Notes under the pieces: generated by a model
The model's database searches: none
What the model saw: only the letters and a program-made list of their open reading frames with translations
Told to the model about the DNA's origin: nothing
Position numbers and translations under genes: made by a program
Assembly (NCBI GenBank): GCA_001642005.1
Contig: LWCA01000293.1
Coordinates: 1-33,319 of the forward strand
Source: Intoshia linei
Taxonomy: Eukaryota; Animalia; Orthonectida
Reading direction: 5' to 3'
DNA: 33,319 nucleotides
Part shown: in pieces, positions 15,301 to 23,803 of the stretch
Position numbering within the stretch: position 1 is the first letter of the stretch
How the letters are laid out: the number at the start of each line of letters is the position of its first letter

Positions 15301-17980
15301 ATTTAATACATACAATATTATTTACTCTTTTTATTTATAATAAACGTGTAATTGACATGTATCATTTAGTAAGTAAAAATAAATTTTAGTTAATAATTAT
15401 TTGGTGTTTATTATAATAAACACTTTCATCCCCTATGTGGGACCTGGGAATTTTCAAAGTTATATGAAAATTATGAATATAATTAACACTGCATATAAGA
15501 GCAAAAGCCACAGTATCAAGACCACAGGAAACAGAGACTTCAGGGCTCAATAAAATTGATCAATTTCATAACTGTTTTGTGTGAATAAATTAAAATAAAT
15601 TAAATTTAAATTATTAAGTTTATATCCGCTCAAATGTGACTAAGGCTGTTTGGTAATATGCACCTTTTTCTATTTTTTAATGACTTATTTTTAATTTCTC
15701 TATTCTCTAAAACTTTATTTTATGTGTAAATCTCACATTTCTACTTAATTAGATGGTAATACTTTTTTCTTATACTTCATGTATACGTTTATGATTTAAT
15801 ACCTGTCGTACAGATTTCGACAACTTGGGCGATTAAAATTTTTTGGTTTCACGTTTAATAAATATTGTACAATGTATATGTTGACATGTTTTATTCAATA
15901 TTTAAAATTGATAAATATATATTATAAATAATAGATAATAATATAATTAAATTACTATAATCCATAAAAGAAAAATAAAAAATTTTGCTTATTTTTAATT
16001 ATTAGAGTCCGTTATAAATTTTTGGGGAGACGGATAGAATGTGATCAAAAAACAGAATTTTTTAATTTAGGGGGCGATAATTCAAAAAAGGTTGAGAATC
16101 CTTGATATAATGTAATAGAATAACATAATACATGCCCATATTGTATATATTACAGATGGTAACATTATATTAATGCATATGCAAAACATACTTTATAATA
16201 TAAACTTTATATTAAATATTCAAAAATGTGGCCCAAAGAATTTTTTGATATATACTAATGGCCCACGAGATGCAAAAGGTTGTCGACTCTTGATGCAAAG
16301 TTTATATTATAATATGATTAATTATACATACTTTATGTACATCTCTATTACTATGTGGAATCCACAGTGTGGATGAGAAAATAAATTACTACATGTAATT
16401 TTTAAATAAATAGACAGTAAATTATAAATAAATACTTTATACAAAATCTATAATAGGGATGATAACTAAATATAAAAATATTAACCGATTAATTAATTTT
16501 GACATATTATTAAATTTGAAAGTATGAAAATATTTCGAAAGTCTTGATTTATAAACGAAAAACTAAAAAAATCGTATGTGGAAAATATATGTTCAAAAAA
16601 TAAATCTTAAAGACCCTCATTACATTCCAGTAAAAAAGTAAACCCCTAAAAACCCTAATCATATTTTGGTTCAAAAAATAAACCTTAAAAGCCTTCATTA
16701 TATTTTGGTACAAAATTTTCTATCTTTATTTAATTTTTAATCTTCTTTAAAATTCAATGGCTGTTTTGATTTTTTAAGAAAAGGGTAATTTTTGGTTTTT
16801 GCCAAGATATACCTTTTTAAAATAACTAATTTATGTTAATATTCATAATTTTAAAATAGACATTAGAGAGTATATTTTTTTAATTTCTAGGACTCGTTTG
16901 ATTTTAAAAAAAGGATAATGTGGGTTTTTAAGGGGAAAATATATTTTTGGTTGTAATTTTCTAAAATGTGCATTGATCTTACTTTCTCATTAAAAAAATC
17001 TGACTTGGAATTTTTGTATGTTAATTTCTAGAGCTCTTAGTTATTGAAATAAACGATAACACACACTCAGGCAAACACACAAAAAAAAAGTTTTATATAC
17101 GTCAGGATATGTATTGCTTTTAATTAATTATTACTGAGGTTGAAATTTTGAAAAGATATTTTATATTGATTTTGTAACGAGAATTTACATTTTCATGTAA
17201 ATATATAACCAGTTATCAACAGGTTAACGATTTCGAGTTATTTATTATCCCTACTACTACGCTAACATGATGCATAATTTATATCTTAATAAAATAATCT
17301 TAGAAGGTAACAAAAAATGAATAATTATAATTAATTACAATATAACGTATGGTAATCAGTGATGGGACGTATTATTTGTGAATAATAATTTGTGGAATAA
17401 GTACATTGTGTCATATAAATAAACCAACTCTATATATGATATGGTTTACGAAATTATGCATAAATAATATACAATCCCATAAGTAATTTTCATTAACTAT
17501 TAATGTACATTTTTACCACAAGACTGACACTATTGACATCACTCATTTATTGTAGATACACATTCAAATTTATCTCAAATAATATAATTCAATTAAAGTT
17601 GGTATTACTTAATTATTTCATTTGATGGTGTACTACACTGTAGACATGATTGATCTATCATCATTCATCATATTAGTCATTATTATTATGATTTTAAAAT
17701 TACAGTAGAATTAAACATAGTACGTAATTTATATATTTATTATTGTGAAATTCATAATATGTGATATTGTATAGTACAATGTATAATGTTATACCATAAA
17801 TAATACATGAAGTAATTTGTACAGTGTAAAAATAAAACTTAAATAAAAAATATTTAGTGGAAGGTAATTATATATATAATAATCATGTAAAATATTACTT
17901 ATTCTTAATATATTAGAACATTATTATTTAAAGTTCAAAGAGCAAATAAAAAATAAAATAATTTTTTGATTTTAGACTAA
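387..17980 (+). CDS. Putative extreme micro-exon gene (about 82 x 3-nt exons plus 6/15-nt exons, all phase 1), 5'-partial; product unknown, about 93 aa visible
   Basis: Exons read as AG|exon|GT, start coordinate and sequence: 387 GAA, 483 ACA, 592 CTT, 670 TAT, 751 ACA, 815 ATG, 880 TCG, 970 TTG, 1055 ATA, 1510 CTA, 1624 TTT, 1736 ATG, 1947 ATG, 2002 CGA, 2114 AGA, 2195 AAA, 2265 GCA, 2325 AGG, 2423 ACG, 2484 AAATTAATGAAATTG, 2589 AAA, 2765 ACAAAC, 2880 TTT, 4690 ATA, 4750 TGA, 4837 CTG, 5028 TCA, 5226 CTG, 5344 AAA, 5398 AGA, 5526 CCA, 5608 AAC, 5766 ATT, 6161 TAA, 6594 CTT, 6815 TAA, 6884 GTT, 7113 ATT, 7492 TCG, 7567 ATGAAT, 7633 TCG, 7719 GAT, 8652 CTT, 8725 TTG, 8811 AAA, 8890 AAA, 9076 TGT, 9167 ATT, 9248 ATT, 9816 TCA, 10245 TTG, 10310 TCA, 10669 ATG, 10760 ATC, 10837 TTT, 10911 TGT, 11017 TTG, 11935 TTG, 12007 TCA, 12109 CAA, 12399 AAG, 12465 CTT, 12645 TTT, 12737 ATT, 12826 ATG, 12895 GAA, 13062 ATG, 13165 ACA, 13266 AAA, 13400 TCA, 13702 AAT, 13880 TGT, 13977 CCA, 14170 TAG, 14240 CAT, 15050 ATC, 15199 AAA, 15279 TAT, 15370 TAA, 15753 ATG, 16156 ATG, 16414 ACA, 17304 AAG, 17599 TTG, 17721 TAC, (17775 TACAAT optional), 17858 TGGAAG, terminal exon 17976 AC-TAA. 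Phase-1 translation: NTLYNVVDTIYDAKKSKDEINEIENKLYMTVTEKTKHLTLSYFDEFGSFEKMYYFIVNDLLFVVTKAFYYGNDKIKLSIAYQILNDDKVVLED*. Individual exons may be false or missed. Confidence 0.8.
1234..1420. mobile_element. Degenerate hAT-like MITE
   Basis: Starts CAGTGTTTTT and ends GGGGTCCC...AAAAAGGTTAAGAAACCGTG, resembling hAT (Charlie-like) MITE termini. It sits in the gap between micro-exons 1055 and 1510. Confidence 0.4.
3665..4520 (+). repeat. Dispersed repeat copy A (long form), hAT-MITE-like end GAGTGGTTACCGAA
   Basis: 3665-3840 and about 4440-4520 align with about 11200-11465 (shared TAAAGGAGTGGTT..TTTCAGGTGGAACCGTCATATCACATTAC and TATATCAACTGGAATAAG). Confidence 0.75.
7762..8531. mobile_element. Non-autonomous Tc1/mariner-superfamily (pogo-like) element
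   Basis: 21-bp TIRs CTGTCTTTTCTCGATTATAAG / CTTATAATCGAAAAAAGACAG (20/21 match), flanked by TA at 7760-7761 and 8532-8533. Confidence 0.85.
11200..11465 (+). repeat. Dispersed repeat copy B (short form of 3665-4520)
   Basis: Direct similarity to 3665-3840 joined to about 4440-4520. Contains GAGTGGTTCCCAAACTTGTTT, a hAT-like terminus. Confidence 0.75.
11540..11845 (+). repeat. Dispersed repeat family 2, copy 1
   Basis: Shares AGAGTATATATTTTTTTAATTTCT..ACTCGTTTGATTTT and TGAAATAAACGAT.ACA.ACAC..ACAAAC with 16780-17090. A reverse-complement copy lies at 18610-18790. Confidence 0.7.
13433..13649. mobile_element. Degenerate hAT-like MITE
   Basis: Termini CAGCGGTTCATAAA ... TTTGAGAACTCTTG form imperfect inverted repeats. 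Lies between micro-exons 13400 and 13702. Confidence 0.45.
16780..17090 (+). repeat. Dispersed repeat family 2, copy 2
   Basis: Similarity to 11540-11845. Confidence 0.7.
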
Positions 17981-18609
17981 TGGACCAGCCAAGATTAAAT
18001 ATTTTTTAAATTGTTATAGTTTTTTAATTAAATATATATATTTTTTATCTTTATACACAAAACAAACCTCTGAGTGTATACGTTAATTTTTATCACGTCT
18101 CAATGAACAATTTAAAATTTCTGAATTTTATTCAGATAGTACAATTTATGTATTATAGTATACAAATATATAATCCTAACAGGTGTCAAAACTGGATAAT
18201 TTAGAGTTATAATTAAATTCAATACTGAAAAATATTATTTTATAAATCTAAAAATATATGTGCATGGTTAACTAGAGAGACATTCTAAAAAAATGTATAA
18301 CCACGGTTTATAGTGTTAAAATAACTCAAAAATAAATTATTTAACTAAGAACTAGGGTTGCAAATTGAAATTTACTCCATAAATTTTAACGTTAAATTTT
18401 TTTTAAAATTCCAAAACTAAATTAATCTTCATAATTTATTTAAACATATTTACATTATTAGTTAAAATAGTCCTTACTTCAATAATTATAATTATAGCAT
18501 ATTATAATATGCTATGCAATATTTGTTTGTCTTTTGTTTATTTCAATAACTACCAGTCTTAAAATTATCTATATTTTATAAAGTCCAAATTTCAAATATA
18601 GTTTTTTCC

Positions 18610-18790
18610 AGGGTGTTAGCAAAATACATTTCAACCTCCCAAACCCACATACACACATCTTACGGGTCAAAAACCCAAATTTTCTTTTATTTTGAAAATC
18701 AAACGGCAATGGGCAATTAAAAAAATATACGCTGATATTGATTTTAAAATCATAAATATTATCATAAATTTAAAAAAACCATATCTTTAG
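18610..18790 (-). repeat. Dispersed repeat family 2, copy 3 (inverted)
   Basis: ACATCTTACGGGTCAAAAACCCAAATT..TTTTGAAAATCAAACG and GATTTTAAAATCATAAATATTAT are reverse complements of segments at 11600-11715. Confidence 0.65.
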
Positions 18791-18881
18791 GAGTAGTCAA
18801 ATAATCAAATAATCTCAAGTTTAGACAAGTTTAAAAAATAAAAAATAGATATAAAAATTTAATATACACTTTAAATTAATT

Positions 18882-20453
18882 TTAATTTTTCCAACGAACA
18901 TCTTTATTAGAAATGGTATTATTTGCGAAATCTAAAGCATAAGATCCTTTTCTAAGTCTAGGTAACAATTTAACAATAGATTGCCGATCTCGCCAATCCA
19001 AATATATTTGTATGATAATTTCAAAACATTCAAGCCTCTCAGCAACTTCTAGCCTAGATTGAACATTGGGAATCAATGAACAAAACCTCATAATAACTGT
19101 AGATGGAGCATTAACCTCAAAAAGAGTGAAAGCAACATCCTCAATAGTAATGACATTATCATTGATAAATTTATTAAAAATGGATTTTTTTTTAAACATT
19201 TTTTCAATTTCATCATATTCACTCCTATGTAAATGTAATTTGATAGTAACCCAACAATTTTGTTGTTTAGATATTTTAAAAATATTGGCTAATGAAGAAG
19301 CTGATCCAGTAAAATTCTGAATATTACATGTATATAAAGAATCTAAAACGGAAGAATGATCATTAAATAAAACTTTGGATATTTTCTCAGGATCATTTTG
19401 ATTCAAAGTGTGATGTTGCCATTTGACTAGATTATGGTGTTGGTTAATCATATTTAAGAGTAAATAATCATCAGTTTGAGGTATAGAAATGGAATTGTTG
19501 AGATTTGTGAAACATTTAAATTCCTTGTTGGTGGGTTCCACTGAAGACATGGAAGAAACTGAAATATTTGAAGAGAGTTTGGACGTTATTTTTAAAAACG
19601 CCACATTACTGTACGAACCCGTCTTAAGATTGAAATTATCATTTTTATCCAGAGTGTGCATTTTAGAAAAAGAGGAAATTTGATCTTTTATAGTTAAAAT
19701 AGTGTTAATGGCATCATCTGAAATGGTATACGAGCTATTATTTTTCATTAAAGCAGGATTGAGGAATTGGTAAAAATACATGATAAACGCATCTCGCCTT
19801 CTTCCGATAAGAATATAAAAATTGAACAAATCTACATAATTTTCCATTGAATCAAGATGTGAAATGTAAAGATTAATCGTAATTTGATTTCGTTTGATTA
19901 AATGAACAAATATTTCAAATCGAAAAATTTTTTTTAAATGTAGAATAACCGTTAAAATTGAATCACCACAACCCAAGGTACAAACATCCTCCAACAATGC
20001 TAAAGCGTCTTCTTTTGTTGTGACGCTTATTAGCATTGAATCAACGTATGCATTTTCAAACGAATCGTAGTCTAAATTGTATTTACTAGCTACTAAATCT
20101 CTAGCAATTTTTCGTAAATTTGCGTCAACTGAAGTGGATGGTGTGAGTCTAGATTTATATGCTATGGATGACAAATTTCTGCCGTGTTTAATCGTTTTTT
20201 TTACATTTATAAAATTACTCTTATTTGTTTCGGTATTTTGAATCTTTTTTTGAGTACTATTTTTAGGTTGTATTATTAAAACTTTTTCGTTCAATGATTT
20301 TGGTACCTGTGGAACTTTTAGTGATTTTTTAGGCTGTTTTTCTATGACTGTGTTTCCGTTCCAATCAATCAATTCATTTTTTATATTGACATCAAACATG
20401 TTTGCGTCGTTGCATTTTTGCGCAGATGAAGCGTTCCAATAATCATCAGACAT
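18882..20453 (-). CDS. VIPAS39: VPS33B-interacting protein / spermatogenesis-defective 39 homolog, intronless, about 523 aa
   Basis: 536-aa ORF, with the likely ATG at 20453 (MSDDYWNASS, compare the VIPAS39 N-terminal EYWNSS). Central KEDALALLEDVCTLGCGDSILTVILHLKK resembles the SPE-39 motif, and the family-typical C-terminus is ...WKN. Recognised from memory. Confidence 0.85.
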   Translation of the reverse strand: MSDDYWNASSAQKCNDANMFDVNIKNELIDWNGNTVIEKQPKKSLKVPQVPKSLNEKVLIIQPKNSTQKKIQNTETNKSNFINVKKTIKHGRNLSSIAYKSRLTPSTSVDANLRKIARDLVASKYNLDYDSFENAYVDSMLISVTTKEDALALLEDVCTLGCGDSILTVILHLKKIFRFEIFVHLIKRNQITINLYISHLDSMENYVDLFNFYILIGRRRDAFIMYFYQFLNPALMKNNSSYTISDDAINTILTIKDQISSFSKMHTLDKNDNFNLKTGSYSNVAFLKITSKLSSNISVSSMSSVEPTNKEFKCFTNLNNSISIPQTDDYLLLNMINQHHNLVKWQHHTLNQNDPEKISKVLFNDHSSVLDSLYTCNIQNFTGSASSLANIFKISKQQNCWVTIKLHLHRSEYDEIEKMFKKKSIFNKFINDNVITIEDVAFTLFEVNAPSTVIMRFCSLIPNVQSRLEVAERLECFEIIIQIYLDWRDRQSIVKLLPRLRKGSYALDFANNTISNKDVRWKN

Positions 20454-20612
20454 TTTATAAATGTGAAAAATTACAATGTTTAATAGTACCACTGCGATTT
20501 AACTTATTTATTTTCTTGTTGTCGTAGTGCTTAGATTTGTATACAATTTTTAGTTTATTGATTTTCAATTTTTTGGATTGAATATTTCATTTAAATAGTT
20601 TTATTTGATCAA
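20454..20612. promoter_or_regulatory. Putative bidirectional promoter between VIPAS39 and ZMAT2
   Basis: The divergent start codons are only 159 bp apart. Confidence 0.6.
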
Positions 20613-23610
20613 ATGGCTGATAATCTAAGAAAAACGTGGGATAATGAAGAATATACCAACAAGGCTTTAGAAAGAATTGCTAGAGATGGTATTAGTGATA
20701 TGGGATATAAAGAAGCTAAAAAGGAAAATCTTACTCGCAGAGATTACAAAATTGATATTGATTCTAAAATTGGTTCATCTGTTGTTATTAGCAAAGCTGG
20801 TTGGTCTGATCAGTTGAGTGGGTATATTTTATTTTTTTTTATTATTTACATGAAAAAATATTTTTATTTCCCTTCAAGGGTTAATTTCAAATTTCTTGTC
20901 TAATTTATGTTGTTTAGTTATTGAAAAATGTCCGCTTTAGTGAATAATTTCGTTAGTTTTTATTTTTTTTTTTTGATAAATTTCACATTACTCAGATGAA
21001 AAATTTTGTATTATACCAATTCACAGAAAGGAGCGTGGGAGATGAGTTTTTCAATTTATCGTATACTAAAGAAATTTATATCAGCTCGTGATACGAGGTG
21101 ATACACCCAAACTTTGACAATATTAATTTAAATAGGGGAAAATGGCCATGTTTGAATAAATTTTTGTATTATTTTTTAATTACCGCATGACATAGGAAAT
21201 GATAATTAGTAGTGTATAATATTAACGTTTTTTGTTTAGATATTATTGCAACGTTTGTGACTGTGTTATCAAAGATTCTATCAATTTTTTTGATCATATT
21301 AATGGAATTAAACGTAATTATATTATATTTATATTGCTCATTAATTATATGCATTTTTTTTCACACTTTCTATCATTTTATAATTAATTCAGTGATTTAA
21401 AATATCAGAAGGGCTTATAAATAGATACAGAGTAGTCGAAAGCTTGTATGTAATTATATCAGTTTTGTATTATGTTTATGTTTATCCACTTGGAGTATTG
21501 CATTGGATGTATTTGTTATCTCCAAACTTTCCATACCCGTAATTATTTCCATAGGGTTGAAAATATTAGCTTCGATTATAATGGAACCCAAAAAAACCCA
21601 TTATTGTAAAAAAATGTTATTACGATAACATCTTACAATTTGAACCGTAAAGATTTCATTGTTGAGAGTAGGGATTGGAATTTTGATCTATCGCAGCCAA
21701 TTCAGAATGAGTATCTAAAATAATAGACGCTAGTTTTACAATTTCTGTAGGTAGCCACACAGTAAAAACTCTGATACTATGGAAATAAAATTATTGTGAA
21801 ATTGGCCCTCATTTTTTTAAATTGTGAATTTAAAATATGAATATTTTTTAAAAAAAATTTTTAATATCAACTATTTTGATAATCAAATTTAAACTGACAA
21901 GTTCAGACCGTCACATTTTTAAAAACTAAAATTTTGGGTCGATTTTTAAAATAATCTAATTATGGGTCTTACTAAGCAGTGAATCACAGTAAAAAAATTT
22001 CTGAATCAGTCATTTTGCCATTTCATTCATTATGAAGAATTTTCTTTAATGTTAAATTTTTTCAATATCCATCATTCAAAAATCCACTTTTACCCAACTT
22101 TATGGAAAAATCCAATTTTACCAACCCTTAAAGAAAAAATCCCTTTTTGCCAAACCTTAAGGATTTTTTTTACTGTGATTCACTAAGATTTACTGTGGAG
22201 TTTACCTTAAGGTCAGATTGGTTTGGTAAAATGGGATTTTTTCTTTAAGGGTTGGTAAAATTGGATTTTTCCTTAAGGTTTGACAAAAGGGAATTTTTTC
22301 CTTAAGGGTTGGTAAAATTGGATTTTTTTATAAAGTTTGTTAAAAGTGGATTTTTGAATGATGGATTATGAAAAAATTTAAAATTAAAAAAAATTATTCA
22401 TAATGACTGATTCAGAAAATGACATTTTCAAGATATAAATTACAAACTACCCCTTATTTAAAAAAATTTAAAAACTGAGTCTTAGAAATTAAAAATCTCA
22501 ATGCTAATATTTATTTTCAGTTAACACATTCAAAAAATTGAAGTATCACGTAATTAAACCTTTACCATCAAAAAAGAATTTTACATTTTACTCTTCTTTT
22601 TTACCATCAAAGTGGAAAGTTATGAGACTACATCAGCCTTGAAAAGCTGTATTATAAATTTTGTTTTGTACAATTCAAAGACTGATTTAGCACATATATT
22701 CAACTGTATGTAAATAAAGATTTCAAATTAATCATTTTTTTAGACCAAAAAAATATGGGAATGTCTATGAAAATTGAACGATCATCTTTGTCAAAAGTTA
22801 AAGAAAGAATTGCAGCAAATAAACGCAAATTATTACAGAAAGTACCCAAGTATGATTTTGAAAAACAAATAGAAGATGTCAGAAAACATGAAACTATCAA
22901 GCGAGACGCAAAACGTACATATTTAAAGTTTCAATTAATTTTGTGTTTAAAGTGTGACGTAGATTAGGCCCGTGCTAGATGGAAATTATAGGCCCCATAT
23001 TAATTTATTTAAAATGGAATCTCTATACTTGCTTAATGGATCGTTCATTATCTAAAAATTAAAAATAACTAATCGGACTGTTAATATAACATTCTATTAT
23101 ACGATAATTTTGGTATACTTGAGAAATTTTTCAACATTACCTAAAATTAAATTAAAATTTTAGGTCCGGTCAATACGGCCTCGGTATATAACGCTGTTGA
23201 TAATAAAAAAAAATTTGGTCATGGAACTTATAGTAAAATCAACTTTAATGTTTATAAAATAAAGATATATTTACTAAGAATTTTTCACGCATCACACGCC
23301 CCAGGGTTCACAAATCGACTTGAAAATGCTTGAAATAAAAATGGTACATACTGTATTTGACGTTTAATCGACATTAAATGTTAATAAAAACCTTGAATAA
23401 ATTTAAATGTCCTCAAAATTATTTTATTTGATATTGATTATATTCCAAAATTTAGGAGATAAACGTTTCAAAAAACGCCAACAACAGAGTGAAAAGAAAA
23501 AGAAAGAAGAAAAAGTTGTTCAACCCGATTCCACTGAAGCTGATGAAATTTCAAAAGTTATGGGATTTTCATTTTTTGGTGGAAAAAAAACACAAATAGG
23601 AAGAAACTAA
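20613..23610 (+). CDS. ZMAT2: Zinc finger matrin-type protein 2 (Snu23; U4/U6.U5 tri-snRNP/B complex), 4 exons: 20613-20821, 21240-21313, 22744-22914, 23456-23610
   Basis: Contains [22 protein letters not shown], the zinc finger [41 protein letters not shown], and C-terminal VMGFSFFGG. All GT-AG junctions keep the frame. Confidence 0.95.
21977..22420. repeat. Foldback / long inverted repeat with about 30-bp subrepeats, in ZMAT2 intron 2
   Basis: About 22025-22160 is the reverse complement of about 22220-22405 (AAAAATCCAATTTTACCAACCCTTAA vs TTAAGGGTTGGTAAAATTGGATTTTT). A second inverted pair is AGTGAATCACAGTAAAAAAA (about 21977) / TTTTTTTACTGTGATTCACT (about 22164-22183). Confidence 0.85.
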
Positions 23611-23803
23611 AAAACCACCAATACAATCGAAAATTATTCATGTCTATTAAATTTGTAAATATAAAATTGATAATTCTGAATTTTAAATGTTGTTAATAAA
23701 TAAATTTTCAATATAAAACACTTCCTTACTTTTAATCTATAATCTTAATGTAGTATAATTTTTTCGTTTTAAATTTTATATAAATTCAATTTTTTAATTT
23801 AAA

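Noticed and set aside
174-16376. Short ORFs 174-359, 6254-6436, 7943-8128 and 16173-16376
   Set aside because: About 60 aa with AT-biased composition and no motifs. They lie in introns or transposon-like DNA and are consistent with chance.
387-17863. Reading the periodic motif as a CRISPR array, satellite or recursive splice sites
   Set aside because: There is no conserved repeat unit beyond AG and GTA, the spacers are unrelated and variable, and the context is eukaryotic. Recursive sites are AG|GT with no spacer and would not give an open joined frame.
19066-19683. ORFs 19066-19320 and 19489-19683 (+)
   Set aside because: Antisense shadows of VIPAS39.
21169-22900. ORFs 21169-21354, 21212-21400 and 22700-22900
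   Set aside because: Off-frame or antisense overlaps of ZMAT2 exons.
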